The translations under genes were made by a program, and so were the position numbers. This document shows positions 1 through 13,700 of a stretch of DNA of 64,000 bases, one piece after another. The stretch is from Macrostomum lignano (taxonomy: Eukaryota). The stretch covers positions 170,213 through 234,212 of the forward strand of contig NIVC01000529.1 in NCBI GenBank assembly GCA_002269645.1, in the 5' to 3' direction. The notes beneath the pieces are model-generated. The model made no database searches. It worked only from the letters and a program-made list of their open reading frames with translations, and was not told the origin of the DNA. Position 1 is the stretch's first letter; every line of letters begins with the position of its first letter.

Positions 1-1192
1 GTTTGACATTAGCTCAGTGCAGGACTGCCTACTAGATTTTCCAATCAACAAGGAGCGTTTGAGAAGACAATCGAAAGAGGATTCAGAGCTCCGGAAGTTA
101 TTCGCTCAAGTCAAGTTTGGCTGGAATGCAGAAGGACTTCGAGAACTACAACAGTTTAGCCGATTCAGGGACGAGTTAGTCATTGAGAATGGATTGCTGT
201 ACAGAGGTATTCGGCTGGTTGTACCAAAGCAGGAGCGTTCTGCAACTTTGCGATTGCTGCACGAAGGACACATCGGACCAGAAAAGATGAAATCCATAGC
301 TAGACAATGCGTCTGGTGGCCTGAAGTAGATCGAGACATCGAAAAGTATGCGAAAGGATGTAGTTCGTGCCAGGAAAACAAGGATCATGGGGCCACCCGA
401 CAATGGACTTCGTGGCCGGATGAGACCGAATGCTGGTCAAGAGTTCACATGGACTACGCAGGGCCTATGAAGGGAGGAAACTACATGTTGGTACTGATTG
501 ATGCATTTAGTAAATGGGCTGAAGTTCACGTGACTAAGGGAACCACTTCATCTGAGACAATCAAGCGACTGCGAAGAACGTTCGCCCAAGAAGGCGTGCC
601 CGTGACTATTGTTTCCGACAATGGACCTCAATTTGTATCGAAAGAAATGCAAGGTTGGTTAAAAGGAATCAACTGCCGACATGTTCTCACACCACCGTAT
701 CATCCAAGGTCAAATGGACTGGCCGAGCGCTTTGTGAGAGATTTAAAAAATCACGTCCGAGCCGCTGAAGAAGACGACCTTCAGAGTTGCGTCGACCGGT
801 TTCTGCTTCAATACCGGAACGCGAAACATTCTACGACCGGAAAATCGCCCTCTGAGCTGATGAGAGGTCACCTACTTCGCACCCCTGCATTTTCTCTGGC
901 ACGTGAGCCAGTCTGGGTGAAAACCTACAACAACGAGATGACAAAGTGGAAGTCTGGCGAAGTGGTGGCAACAGAGGGAAAGGTTGTGGTCGACGTTGAG
1001 CTGGAGGACGGAAGGCGTGGACGCTACCACCGTGAACAGACAAAGCCAAGGAGTTCCGGTTCCAATGACCTGGTGGAGATGGAGACTGAAGAACATGTGC
1101 ACACGGATCAAGAGTCTGGTCTTCGGAGAAGTAATCGCCATCGGCAAGTACCAAGGCGACTTGAGTACCGCAAGCTTGGTGTACCTACCTAG
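1..1192 (+). mobile_element. Ty3/Gypsy LTR retrotransposon pol 3' end (integrase zinc finger + rve core), open at the window's left edge
   Basis: HHCC motif HEGH...CSSC; DDE core WSRVHMDYAGP / SDNGPQF / HPRSNGLAERFVR; stop at 1190-1192. Confidence 0.95.
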
Positions 1193-1204
1193 CTGTTAAC
1201 TAAT

Positions 1205-1220
1205 GGGAAGGAGTGTTAGC
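1205..1220 (+). mobile_element. Polypurine tract and start of the 3' LTR of the Gypsy element
   Basis: GGGAAGGAG (1205-1213) immediately followed by TGTTAG at 1214, just after the pol stop. The LTR's right end was not located. Confidence 0.75.
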
Positions 1221-2568
1221 ACTGTGATGAACTTTTATTTATTAGAGAATGCACTTTGCTTAGTAGCCGTCAACGGCTGAGAATCCTATTGATGTCTATG
1301 GACATTTGTACAGTTCAATTCGGTGGCTTAAAGAGTTGCCAAAATATAATTGAAAAGACCAAGCGTCTGCAGAGTTAAGCTAAAGGCTGAGACTCGATCA
1401 ATTTTCTTACTCGTCCCAAAAAACGAACACGCCCTGCAGGAAAGAATGACCATTCACGAAGGTGTACGGTAGAGCCTAGTTGATGCCAGCCCTGAGGCTG
1501 AGCCCCGGGCAGCAGGTTAAGCAACAGGCCTGCTAGGTTAGGTTTAGGTGCTCCTCCTTTCTGCTATTCTTTTTTTCTGGGCTGGCATCCCAGCGCGGTT
1601 TTATCCCCTGTTTTTATCTGGCCATTAGTTGCCTCCAATTCTTCGGAGTTATGAGCTCTGCCCTCCCTGCCCGGTCCATCCTTCTCTGTCCTTGGTCCAT
1701 CTACTGGCTCCTCTGGTTGTCTCCCTGCCTAAGTTCTGTCTCCCTCTCTGTCTCCCTCTCTGTCTCCCTCTGTCTCTGGCTCTCATCCTGACAGTGGATT
1801 GGTGTCCTGGGGAATGAGTTCGCCCGATTCGGGGATACCGGCTGAGTCCGGGTCCTCTTGCTCCTTGTGCCCCTTCCCAACCCCTTGGCCTGGCCTCCAA
1901 TATTGAGCTGGATAGGCGATACCCTTGGGTTTGTAGCCGGTAGACGGTCTTCCTGCCTGGAGTCTCGCCCTCGGAAACAAGCCTTCCAGACTCGCTCCAA
2001 TAATTAAGCCATTTCCGCAGACTTCGGGGTTTCCCCGCTCTCGGACCGCTTTTAGTAGTAAACCAAGCTTTTTTCGCTTTTTTCCAATTTTTTCTGCGCA
2101 CTCCCGAGGACTTGTCTGCTGGGGGGTAGCCTGCGTGGACTCGGTCCTAGCACCGTCCCTGATTCCACTTTTTGGGTTGGCGTTGTCTTATACCGTAGGT
2201 TTGGGCTAGTAGCACCAATACACTATAGGTTCTCACCAGAGTCCTGAGCTCTGGTCCCAACCCCAATTGTGGCCTCTCGGGCTACATGCCCCTGGCAGTA
2301 TGGCCCAGTCAGATCCCTGCGGCAGAGCCCCCTTTCGGGCTGATCCGCGGTAAGCCCCTGGCTTTCCACCCCCGTTTAACAACATTGTATACAAGCATAT
2401 ATGCCTATGCACGAAATGCCCACCTTCAATGCCCACCGCTAGGCTCTTCTCTTTGTGTTTATGCTACTTTGTTATAATATCTAGGTGTGCTCTTAACTTG
2501 CAGGCAACTGAGGTCGTATTGTAGCATTCAGCACCACTGTAGCAGATAGTTCGTGGTTCAATTATGGC

Positions 2569-3508
2569 TAGGGATTCCAAAATCCCGACATTTTACAATC
2601 CCGGGATTGAATAGTCCCGAAATCCCGATGCTGTTGAAATCCCGGGATTCAAAATCCCGGAATCCCGGTGCTTTTGCAATCCCGGGATTAAAAATCCCGG
2701 GATTCGATTCCCAAAAAAATCCCGGGATTCAAATCCCGGATTTTTGGCCCCAATCCCGGGATCCCGGGATCCCGGGATTGGAATCCCTAAATTGCTAGAC
2801 GGACTGTGCGGCGTGCCGCGTGCAGTAGTCATGGTCTCGCGACTCTCAGAGTCTCAGGGCCTTTTCATATTACCGATTCCAGAACCAGAATCGGTTCGGA
2901 ATTCGAAGAAAAACAGCAGTATAACTATTAAACTCTGTTAATATTTGACTGCCTTAACAGCCTCACTTAGCACAATTTTTCACTTTCTTCTTGGCGACTG
3001 TCATTCAATAATAAAAACTTTATAGCACGTATCTCCCTCTAGTTATGGAGACAAAAAGTTTATACTTCACAAATTGGTTCTTGTTCTGGAACCAGAGCAA
3101 GCAATATGAAAAGGCCCTCAGTCTCGTCTCGTGGTAGAAAACGAAAAAAAGTTAAAATTATCTATCATTTACAGTTCACATTAACAATTTTTAGCTCAAT
3201 TAGGACAGGAGCTTTGCAAATGTTTAACGTTTCATTGAGAAACAGCAAAAACAAATAAATGTTTTATTATTCAAATAAACGTTTAGACTTTAAATTATCT
3301 AATTTAGGCATTGAAAGGTCGTTCTAATCCCGGACCAATCCCGGGATTAAGGCCTTGAAATCCCGGGATCCCGATCCCGGTCTTTTGCAATCCCGGGATT
3401 AAAAATCCCGGGATTCGATTCCCAAAAAAATCCCGGGATTCAAATCCCGGATTTTTGGCCCCAATCCCGGGATCCCGGGATCCCGGGATCCCGGGATTGG
3501 AATCCCTA
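2569..3508. mobile_element. Non-autonomous hAT DNA transposon (940 bp) with a duplicated right end
   Basis: TIRs TAGGGATTCCAA (2569-2580) / TTGGAATCCCTA (to 3508); perfect 8-bp TSD ATTATGGC at 2561-2568 and 3509-3516; many subterminal AATCCCGGGATT palindromes; extra internal right end finishing at 2789. Confidence 0.92.
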
Positions 3509-4787
3509 ATTATGGCTCGTTGAAATTCAGTTTAAGAGAGAAAAATGCTAGGCTGAATGTTACTCACACCTGCTTGGGCTTGCTGGGTTTGGGCCAACTG
3601 ATGAAATGTCATAAGTCATTGTACAGCGCGTGTCTGTTTTTGTAAGCTAATTAACCCCAAATTCAATGGAATTTTTACCTACAGTATCGCGTATTCCGAT
3701 ATCGATACATTAAGCAATTTTTGTAGTCAGCTCTTGTAGCACTAGCTCAAAACCAGGAGAGCGCCAGCGCCAAGGGGAATTTCCTATCGAACACCATTTT
3801 CATTTGATCATTTTATTTTTTTTCGGATTTTAAAAATGATACTAAATAACCCCATTCAAAGGCTACTGTTGGATAAAAGTATCCATTCAGAGTCAAATGA
3901 GTGAGCGTTTACTTTGATTTTGCTCTTAACTCCAATAAAAATTACACAGATAAGGGCCGGCTTGCCCCCCCCCCCCACCCGGGAAAAAGTCTTGAATCCG
4001 CCGCTAAGTTGACCCAAAAATAGTCCTGGTCCTGGATGATAAGTCTATTTTAGAAGTCCCCGCCTGGACCTGGACGTCCTCTCCTCTTCCTCCCTTGACC
4101 CGGGTCCCAGACTCCCAGGGGTTGCCTATTGGCTGAGGGGGGTTAAATGACAAAAGAATGGTTGGGACTTGGGAGCTCGCTCCATTTGCGGCATGCGTGC
4201 AACATCAGTGAGTGAACCCTAGTGGAAATTTTCCAGTTCAAAGTCCTCTCCGTCACGTGTTTTTCACGCCCAACCCCCCATTTTTTAATTCGTGCTAGGC
4301 CAGCCGGGGCCAACCCTGGAAACTTCTTGCCAAACGAATGTACATTGCCTATGTACGTTTGGCCGCTCTTCTCTCCCCCTTGTCTTATTTTACTTACCAC
4401 GAAGAGCGCGCAGCGGCCGCGCGGCCCGAACCCCGTACACTTTAGGTCCAGACAGCGTATTCAAGACAAATAGCTGGGCTGGGGTTTCCTAAAAAACCTC
4501 CGATTCCTTTCCTCCCCCACGCCAAGTCCTCCTCCACTCAGCCAAGGCGTGCCTGGAGTGGCCATCTTATAATCTTATATAGACATAAACAAATTCATTT
4601 TTGCCTACTATATATAGACCAATCTTTAATTTCATTCGATTGACAGCTTTAAAACTGCGGCCGCCAAGACTCAGCTTAGAGCCATAGCCAACTTTACAAT
4701 TTTTCTTGTCTACGTTGACTCGTTGAGCCAAAGTTTCAAGGTTCAAGGCGAGTAAATAAAAAAGATCGAAGAAGTCTAAGAAGAGCA

Positions 4788-7700
4788 ATGAAAGCTCTGG
4801 CATCTAGCAATGGCCGACGAAACAGCAGGGAGTCGCCAAAATTTGTGATTAGCAGGCCAATTGGAACTATCCTACGCGACCCTCTGCAGCTCAAGGTGCT
4901 AGTACCCAAATCTGGTCGATCTGTTGAGCACAAACTGTCCGGCGCTTTGCGAACGCATCAGCAACAGCAGCAGCAGCAACAGCTGCAACAGCAACAATTG
5001 CAGCAGCAATGCCAGTGCCATCATGAGCAATGCCAGCAGCCGCCGCCAGTCCCAGCTGCTCCGACGGTCACCTGCACCTTAATCAGCGCACACGACGCCA
5101 TCCACGTGTCAATCCAATCAAAGCGGGAGTCGTCAGACTGTAGGACTCATTTCGATCTGGTGATGCGCCTGTTGCAGCCCCGCCTGCGAGCTGCCCACCT
5201 GCTGTGCAAAGTCATGTACAGGAATATTCGCGATGAGGTCAAGGAGATGGGACCCTACCTGCTCGGGGTCACCGAGCCCGTCTGCTGCTACCGGTTGGAG
5301 GAAATGAACTGCCAGGTAAGCTTTATTGATTTTCATATACTGAGAATCAATCAGCCGTACGCAGCCTTTGCGCGGCGCATCTGAAGACTGCGTAACGGCT
5401 GTTCAGTCCAAGGACTGGGGGGTCGTCACACACAGCCTCAATGCTGGCACCCATTTTACAGAGCCTGGGTGAACTGAAGCAATGCAGAGTAAAGGACACA
5501 AATAGTTCCAGTGGGATCGGGAATCGAACCCCCGACCTTCGATCCAGTCGTGAGTCCGACGCTCTAAGCATAAGGCTACACCCCCCGTAAGACGGTCTCT
5601 TACTGTGAAGACTTGTAGGAACGATGTCACCAGTGTCTACTTGACTTACTTGACTCAGCTTCAGGGGGTTCCGGGCATCCGGATACAGAGGAGAGGCGTC
5701 GGCGCCCATTCCACTAATACCTGGCGACCGCGGGCGGCTGCTGCTGCGGTGTCGTGCAGGGAGATCCGGTGGTGCCGGTGTCCGCAGCGCGGTCCCCCTC
5801 CGGAGAGTCCAGGAGGTGGATTGTCGCTTGCCCGTTAGCCCTTAGGTAGTGGACGAGCTGGCAGAGATTCTCGGGCCTGAAAACGTCGGAGAAGTCCGGG
5901 TTTGGGCCGAGGTAGTTGAGTCTGTCCTGACTAAAGGCGAGACAGTCACAGATGAAGTGCTCCGCATTCTCTACACCGGAGAGGCAGAATGGGAATTCCT
6001 CGCTACGGATTTTCCCTGGAGGTAGCGATGCCTGGCAAAACAGCCATGACCCGAGAGGGCCATGGTCACCGCCCTGATGTCCCTGCGGTTGAGTCCAAGC
6101 AGGACCCTTCGCAGGGCGCAGGGCGCATTGTGCCCACAGCCTTCTTGCGAATATTTTTCGACTCCAGCTTCCCAAACCAAAGCTCGAACCTCGGCTTCAC
6201 CAGTAGCAGTTCACGTCTTACTTATTTATCATGAAGTGACAAGTATGAAAGCATGCTCAACGAACTCCTGAGATCAGACAAATTAATTTTACTCAACAGG
6301 TGTCACCCAAGACCAATCATTACCATGTCTACTTGGCCCTTCAACTGGTGTCAGTTGAACCAGTCGTGGGTCAGTGCTGCAACGACAACAACAACAGCAG
6401 CAGCTGCAACAAGAACAACAGCAATAGTCTGACAGCAGATGACAACTCCAGCCGATGCGGCGCTGGCGGCGGCGGTGACGGCGAGCTGTACGACTGCGCC
6501 GACGTCGAGTCGGTGATCGATGATCTTGCCTCGCTGATGTCGGCGGCGGCGACTCCGCCTAGGTCGACTCGATCGCGACATCAGAGCATCAGCAGCAGCG
6601 CCTCGGTGTCGCTGGAGGAGCCTCTGCTAGCGATGTCGCCTGTTGGTACTCAGCTGCCCGATTTCACCGTGAAATGGTCGCCATTGGCAACGCTGAAGAT
6701 TAGCACGGATTCTTCAGATAGCGAATCGCCACTTTATTGTGTGCCGCAGCTTCTGTGCCTGTGCTCAGAGATGTTCTCGGAGCTGCTCATGGTGCAGCGG
6801 CCGGGAGGCGCGGCCGGGGAGGCTGGGGAGCTGGTCGTCCCCGGGGTGGCCAAGTCTGACCTGCTGCTGCTGCTGCAGCTCATTCATCCTGGCACACCGT
6901 GCACCGTGAACTTGGCCAATGTGCAGCAGGTGAGCTCGCTCGTTATCAGCTGATCAGACTGTTAAACTACTCTTAAGAGAGATTGAGAGTATTAAAAGAC
7001 TCTTGTCAACTCCTGACTCATCAGAAGCTATCTCCTGACTCTTATCAGCTATGTCCTGACTCTTATCAGCTGTCTCACTGACTCTTATCAGCTATGTCCT
7101 GACTCTTATCAGCTGTCTCACTGACTCTTATCAGCTATGTCCTGACTCTTATCAGCTGTCTCACTGACTCTTATCAGCTGTCTCACTGACTCTTATCAGC
7201 CATGTCCTGACTCTCTATCAGCTACGTCCTGACCCTTATCAGCTGTCTCACTGACTCTTATCAGCTGTCTCACTGACTCTTATCAGCTATGTCCTGACTC
7301 TTATCAGCTATGTCCTGACTCTTATCAGCTGTCTCACTGACTCTTATCAGCTGTCTCACTGACTCTTATCAGCTGTCTCACTGACTCTTATCAGCTATGT
7401 CCTGACTCTTATCAGCTGTCTCACTGACTCTTATCAGCCATGTCCTGACTCTCTATCAGCTATGTCCTGACTCTTATCAGCTGTCTCACTGACTCTTATC
7501 AGCTGTCTCACTGACTCTTATCAGCTATGTCCTGACTCTTATCAGCTGTCTCACTGACTCTTATCAGCCATGTCCTGACTCTCTATCAGCTATCTCCTGA
7601 CTCCTATCAGCTATCTCCTGACTCTATCAGCTATCTCCTGACTCTTATCAGCAGCTATCTCCTGACTCTTATCAGCAGCTATCTCCTGACTCTTATCAGC

Positions 7701-8076
7701 TCTCTCACTGACTCTTATCAGCAGCTATGTCCTGACTCTTATCAGCTATCTCCTGACTCTTATCAGCTAGCTCCTGACCTGACTCTTATCAGCTAGCTCC
7801 TGACTCTTATCAGCTATCTCCTGACTCTTATCAGCTAGTTTCTGACCATTAATATCTCTGACTACTCTAAACTCCCCTCAGGTGCTCAGCCTGGCGGCAA
7901 AATTCCGAGTGCCTCATCTGCGCAGCACTGCCGACCAGCTGCTCTGCCGCAGTGTACACGCCAGCCCGCCAGTCAGCGCCTCCCGCCGTCAAGAGCTGTG
8001 CTCTCTGGCTACTCAGTACTCGTTGCCCTGTCTAGCCGAGCTGCTCCGCCTGAGACTGTCCGAGTCTGAGAACTGA
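4788..8076 (+). CDS. BTB/POZ-domain protein with polyQ tract, 3 exons: 4788-5315, 6300-6929, 7882-8076 (about 450 aa)
   Basis: All introns are phase 0 with GT-AG ends (CAG|gtaag, caacag|GTG, CAG|gtgag, ctcag|GTG). The joined C-terminus [19 protein letters not shown]...[18 protein letters not shown]...[22 protein letters not shown] fits the BTB fold pattern. Confidence 0.8.
5346..5586 (-). mobile_element. tRNA-derived SINE in intron 1 of the BTB gene
   Basis: Minus strand GGGGGGTGTAGCCTTATGC (A-box-like) and GGTTCGATTCC (B box, 5520-5530), then a body TGTGTCCTT...CATTGCTTCAGTTCACCCAGG..TGTAAAATGGGT resembling Deu/Nin-type SINE cores, and a (TGAT)n tail. Confidence 0.8.
5635..6190 (-). mobile_element. 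5'-truncated non-LTR retrotransposon (I/R1/LOA-like) 3' end, frameshifted
   Basis: Joining two frames gives [31 protein letters not shown]|[23 protein letters not shown], the post-RNase H CCHC region; 3' UTR ends in an AAGTC-like tail near 5635. Confidence 0.75.
7010..7855 (+). repeat. Minisatellite (21-22 bp, CTGACTCTTATCAGCTGTCTCA / ...CTATGTC) filling BTB intron 2
   Basis: About 40 tandem units read directly. Confidence 0.95.
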
Positions 8077-8244
8077 GGCTGGGACCTGCTGTAAAGCTGG
8101 GAGTCACTAATAATTGTAATTTAGTAATTTAGCAGTTTTAATGTGTATTTGTAGTTTGAATTCATGCAGCCTGTGATCTCTTAGCTATAAAAGTTGAATG
8201 AATTTATGGTCGTATCAAACTGCAGCTGCGACCCGCCAGCGACT

Positions 8245-8580
8245 CACGTGACCCCGTCAGTGACTATTAGTGACTCTAATGACCCATCAGTGACTTTAAT
8301 GACCCATCAGTTATTCCAATGACCCAGTGACCCTAATGACCCATCAGTGACTCTATGACCCATCAGTGCCTATAATGACCCATCAGTGACTCCATAAACC
8401 ATCAGTGACTCTATGACCCATCAGTGCCTATAATGATCCATCAGTGACTCTATGAACCATCAGTGACTCTTTAAACCATCAGTAACTCTAATGACCCATC
8501 AGTGACTATAATGACCCATCACGGCCATCAGTGACTATAATGACCCATCAGTGACTCTATGACCCATCAGTGACTCTAAT
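8245..8580 (+). repeat. Minisatellite (about 20 bp, TGACCCATCAGTGACTCTAA) downstream of the BTB gene
   Basis: Tandem units read directly. Confidence 0.9.
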
Positions 8581-10643
8581 CATCTGTGACTCACTTGTTG
8601 ACTTTGTTGACTTTGTAGTAAGTATAGTTGAAAAAGCAATCCGTTAAGCATTATAACTATTAATTTTTTTGTAATGTTTCCAAAGTTTACTGGTAAACTT
8701 GCATCGTACTTGTGTTAGTATATTTTCAGTCATGTCACATTCTTATGACAATACGCTCAATAAATACTACTTCCAACTTATCGTAAGTTAATATTTTTCA
8801 ACAATGCTTCAAATGGCCATTCATCTCAGTCCTGATTTTTTGGGCATAACACAGCTGCAAATATCTTCCTAAATTTTTTAACAAAATTCCTCAATGTTGC
8901 AAGCAATCACTTTATTTTGAAGCACTTTTTTACTTTTGCTTTTATAATTGCGATCACAATTTGTACTACAGAAGCCCTGCGCGAAATCGTTTACATTTTC
9001 TGCGACGGTTCAATCAGTGTAAAAAAAGTCATTTAAACAATTCGAATCGCATGTTAAGCGTTGTTTTGGACCATATTTCTTTGTCCTAAATACTCGTATG
9101 ACTTACTTTCTAGCTCTTTTTTTCGCTTGTCCTCCTGTTGTGTTGGCTCTGTTCTAAGTAAAGTTTTTTCACTTTATTATTTATTTGATTTTATTCAATA
9201 GTACTTTTTTTTACTGATGCATGGTTGGCTTTACAGTCGCAGAAATTACTTATAAACATGTCTCACTTTTTCATGTATCGTCTTTTGCTTTTTTCATTTC
9301 ATTGTTGCTTTCTTTTTATAATTTAGAAATTTAGCAGCGCTTAAAATTCTCAAACAATTAGCAAATTGCAAAATTTTCCTTTCTACCTTAGCTTTATTCT
9401 CAATTCATTTTTATGTTTTTGTACTAGCTGGTGGGTTCCTTACACGTTTATTATAAAATTAATCAATAAAATAACTGTCATTTACTTTAAAAAATCAATA
9501 ATTCACGGAATTAAAAAGTTCCAAACGACGCCTTCACCTTCGCATTTGCGCTCGTACGAGCTATGTTTAAAATGGCCAACAGCACCAATCGCTATTTTGT
9601 ATGCAAGTAGAAATAGTATAAACTGTGCATTATGATCATTTTATAGAAAATTACATCGACAGTCTATAATGTGATAGAGCATAGAATTTACACACCGTGA
9701 ACGGCCAATAAAATCAACTGCAAACTCTATTGACTCCTCACTGAAAAAGCGTGTTTATGCGTGCATATATCCATGGGAATTCAACACAATTGTGTCTGTC
9801 ATGTACTTGCATGCAAACTGCCTCTTCGGGGTCGGATATAGCACACGGTTAACATACAATAAACCATTAGTAATAATTTTAGAGCCAAATTTCTCATTTT
9901 AGCTGAAAGCAAGTACGCTTTGTCAAAAAATTGCATAAGACCTACTAGACGTGACATTGTCCTACATCTAATACTAAGCGGAAAGTGAGCCACAAATCCG
10001 CCGGCTAGTGCATTCAGACGACTGTCGATTCATAATCACAGTCGGTTACCAGATACAACGGTTTACCAATATACGAACTTACTTCGTTATAACAAATCTA
10101 GTGCATTTAATAAGTTATAAAAACAAAAACTTGGAAGTGTAAAAAAATTAAAAAAGTTATGAAACAAGTTTTCTTTAATGTTAAAAATTCACGCACAGGT
10201 AGTTGTCATTTTTTAACTGACATTACTTGGGCAAGTTAAGTCTTGGAAAACCTGCCGACCAGCAGGCAGCAGGCAGGCTTCGAGGCTTGCTGGCTGCTTG
10301 CGTCTTGTTTATGAATTTTTTGGTACAAAAGCTTACGCCTACATCTGGATTAAACCTTAGGCCTAGTGGCTGTAATTAGGAATATAGACCTATACGGATT
10401 TAGATGGCTACCAGCATCAACTGCACTGCTTAGGCCTACTTGCTAACCAAAACCAACCAGTCCAACCTTAACCTAACCAGTGGCAGTAACCACAAGCACA
10501 AGCAATGGTTATGGACTAGACCTAGGCAAGCCAAGTATATATATCTGTAGTTGTAGTTGTATCTGTAGCTGCCATAGGCACCTTTTTACCATATTTGCCA
10601 TAGGATCCCATACCTGTCTATAGCTACAGCTAGGCCTACAGCT

Positions 10644-10755
10644 GGCTATCCTGAAGATTCCCGCGTTTAATTATAACCCCCACCCCCCACCACCCTTGAA
10701 TAGAGGGCGAAATAATTCCGTAAAATAATTAAACGCGGGAATCTTCAGGATTGCC
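10644..10755. mobile_element. 112-bp MITE with 31-bp TIRs and an 8-bp TSD (Merlin-like)
   Basis: GGCTATCCTGAAGATTCCCGCGTTTAATTAT (10644-10674) vs ATAATTAAACGCGGGAATCTTCAGGATTGCC (10725-10755), 1 mismatch; TSD CTACAGCT at 10636-10643 and 10756-10763. GG...CC ends with an 8-bp TSD suggest Merlin (inference). Confidence 0.85.
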
Positions 10756-13700
10756 CTACAGCTATGGCGGAACACTATCTAAAAATATTATTGCCTGAAA
10801 GACCCAACCAAAAGTTAACTTCCATATTCCAGAAGGTGGCCTTTACCCCAGAAAATTCTGGTGTATTTTGGCATTTTGACAATCTTGGCATACATTTGGC
10901 ATATAGAATTTTCAGGTTCAACATGAAGCACACATAGTTGGCGTACAAAAAATTTCCCTGTTAGAGTTAATGTACTCATGTAGTTAAATATCAACCAGTC
11001 AAAGCTCTTAAAAATAAGTGAAAACTAAAATAAAAAATATTAATGAAATTTATGGGAAAAAGCAAAATTAAAACAAAGAATATCATTTTTAGCAAAAAAT
11101 GCCATGGTAAAGTTAAAAAAAACTGTTTCATTTATAATAATAAATAATAAAAAAATTGGCATACAAGCAACTGTGGGCTTAGTATACAAAAACATGAATT
11201 TTCATTCCCACATATGTATGCCTGCCATGATCCAGACGGCGGACTATGGGTTAACTTGACCTATACTAACTTTTTGTTTATTATAAATAAACTTTGCAAT
11301 AGGACAGACAGCAAATACATGATCATCATGACATTAGATGAAGGTGGGGCTAGGATCATAACAATGCCTATAACAGCCAGAGCCAGGCAGCCAGCCAATC
11401 ATAATCATATTCAAGTGCAAACTACTCTACCTTCTAATTCACTAACTGTCTAATTTTTTCAATAGATATTTAAATTAAATAGAATATATCTCTAAAATGT
11501 TGCAATAAACAAAATTACGCATACAAAAAAATCTCTAACTTTTTACTTTATACCTTTTTAACTTTTAATAACTTTTTGCATGACTCACAATATCTTATTA
11601 TAAAAATGGCTTCACAAGTTATTTAGCAATAATCTTTGTTGGTTTGTTTGCTGGTGGACAAAAAGGTGGCAGACAAAATGATCATGCTCCAACAAAATCT
11701 GTGCACACTGGCAAAAACTTGTGCACTTGCATGTAATTTTTTGGCTAACTTATACAACTTTAAAAGGTATATATATATTAATATATAGTTTTTTCCAAAA
11801 AACTTGGCATGATTTTATTGAAAAGTGCAAGAAACTTGCATTGTAAAATTGTTGCTGTTGCTATGCTATTGTGTTTTTTTATTATGATTTAGGATTACAT
11901 TTGTAATTAATATTAAAAAATCTATATTTGTTCTGAACTTATTATTTAGAAATAAAAAAATTAAAGTAGAAATTAAAAATTATAGAAATTTAAAAAATTC
12001 TTTTTTATTTATTTTCCTAGGGCCTCTTTGTTATAACTTTGTTTATATTTTAAAAAAAGTATGGTTGAATTAAATTGGGTTTTTGATATTAAGTACTAAA
12101 AATCTTTTACATTTCTTAAGCTTATTCTATCTCTCTCTCTTTCCTCTCTCTCTCTCTCTTGCTCTTTCTCTCCCTCTCTCTGTCTCTCCCTATATATATT
12201 ATTCTTATAAAGTTATAAACAGTCAACAGGACAATATAATATACATTAAAGTATTATTTTTAAAGGTTTATCTAAAGCCTATGCATTGTTTTTCCCATTG
12301 AAAAAAATTGCAGTAACAATAAACTGATGACAACAAGTTGTTGCTTGTTGTCTCTTGTTATCACCATGTCATATATCAACCAATCAGTCTGCCAAAAAGC
12401 AGGTAGCACTCTGGATTCAGAAGTTTACATTTGTATAATATTACTGACTTCAAGCAAGTTGGCCCTAGAGTATAGATGGGATGAATATTTAGAAAAATTG
12501 GAATCAAAACCATTATGCTAAATTTTATATCAGAGTGCCTTTTTTGCAAATTGATAAATAAAACACTTTTGTTACAGTTTCAACAAGTTTTTCTAAGTTT
12601 TTCTTAGAAAATACTAGTGTATACACTTGCAAATTCTTATCAAATTAATATTAAAAGACATTAGCTACTTTAACCAAGTCAACTATTTGACTATCAATAA
12701 ATCAAATAAATTTCTTAATTTTAAATATCAACAAACATGAAAAAAACAGGATATTAAACATATAAATGATGCTAGACAACATATTAATTATAGCATTTAT
12801 ATTAGGTGATTTTAGACCTAGGTCAGCCTTTTTTATAGCAGAGGGCATCTGATATTAATTAAGTTATCTCCTATTATAGTCAATAAGAAATTTCTCTCTA
12901 ATCAAATAATAATATTATCTTAACTATCAAGTTAAGGTTATATATATAATATAATATATTAGATTATTTGAAGCTAACTAATAATATTTTTATATATATA
13001 GTTTATTGTGTAGAATGCACAACTTCAATAGTTTTAAATCTCCTAGGCTATTATTAATTTGAAAAAAAGTGTATTTAAATTAAGGTATTAATTTGTTTTC
13101 TTATATATAATATATAATATGGTTCCAATAATTTTATGCCAAAAGGTATACCAAAATATCTTTTAAAACATTTGTATACCAAGTGTATACTAAATATTTC
13201 CAAATATATAGTAGACATTTTTAGCATTTAGGTACGTGACAATCTTTAATTTAGACTGGGTGTTATTAACTATTAAATTTAGTCTAGTTTATGAGTTTAT
13301 GAGTATTTGAAATGAGTCAAATATAAAAAACAGATTTTTCATGTTTTCAATGTTTGAATTTTGAATTTTTTTTGTCCCATGGGGGTTTTATGCATTAGTC
13401 TATATACTAAAATGGTTTGTTGGTATCTAGGTATCTATGTAATCAATTTCAGAAAAAAATGCTAAATTCATTTTTTAAACTGTAAGAAGGCTCATTCCAT
13501 ATAAGCACAGTCGTAACATGACAGGCTATTTTTACTTATAAAATGAAATCTAATAATATATTATACTAAACCAATATTTTAAATAAAAGATTATTTTGTC
13601 TAGAATATATTTAGAGAGTTTCATATAGATATCATCATTAGTATAGATGCTATTAAACCTTAAATGACACTTATGGTCGTAACGACAGGATTTTTGACAT

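Noticed and set aside
1649-2101. 150-aa basic minus-strand ORF
   Set aside because: GTG start with an upstream in-frame stop, tail derived from a CTCTGT repeat, and no recognisable motif; probably an unidentified degraded element.
5505-5586. tRNA gene
   Set aside because: A and B boxes are present but there is no convincing cloverleaf, and it continues into a SINE body; called SINE instead.
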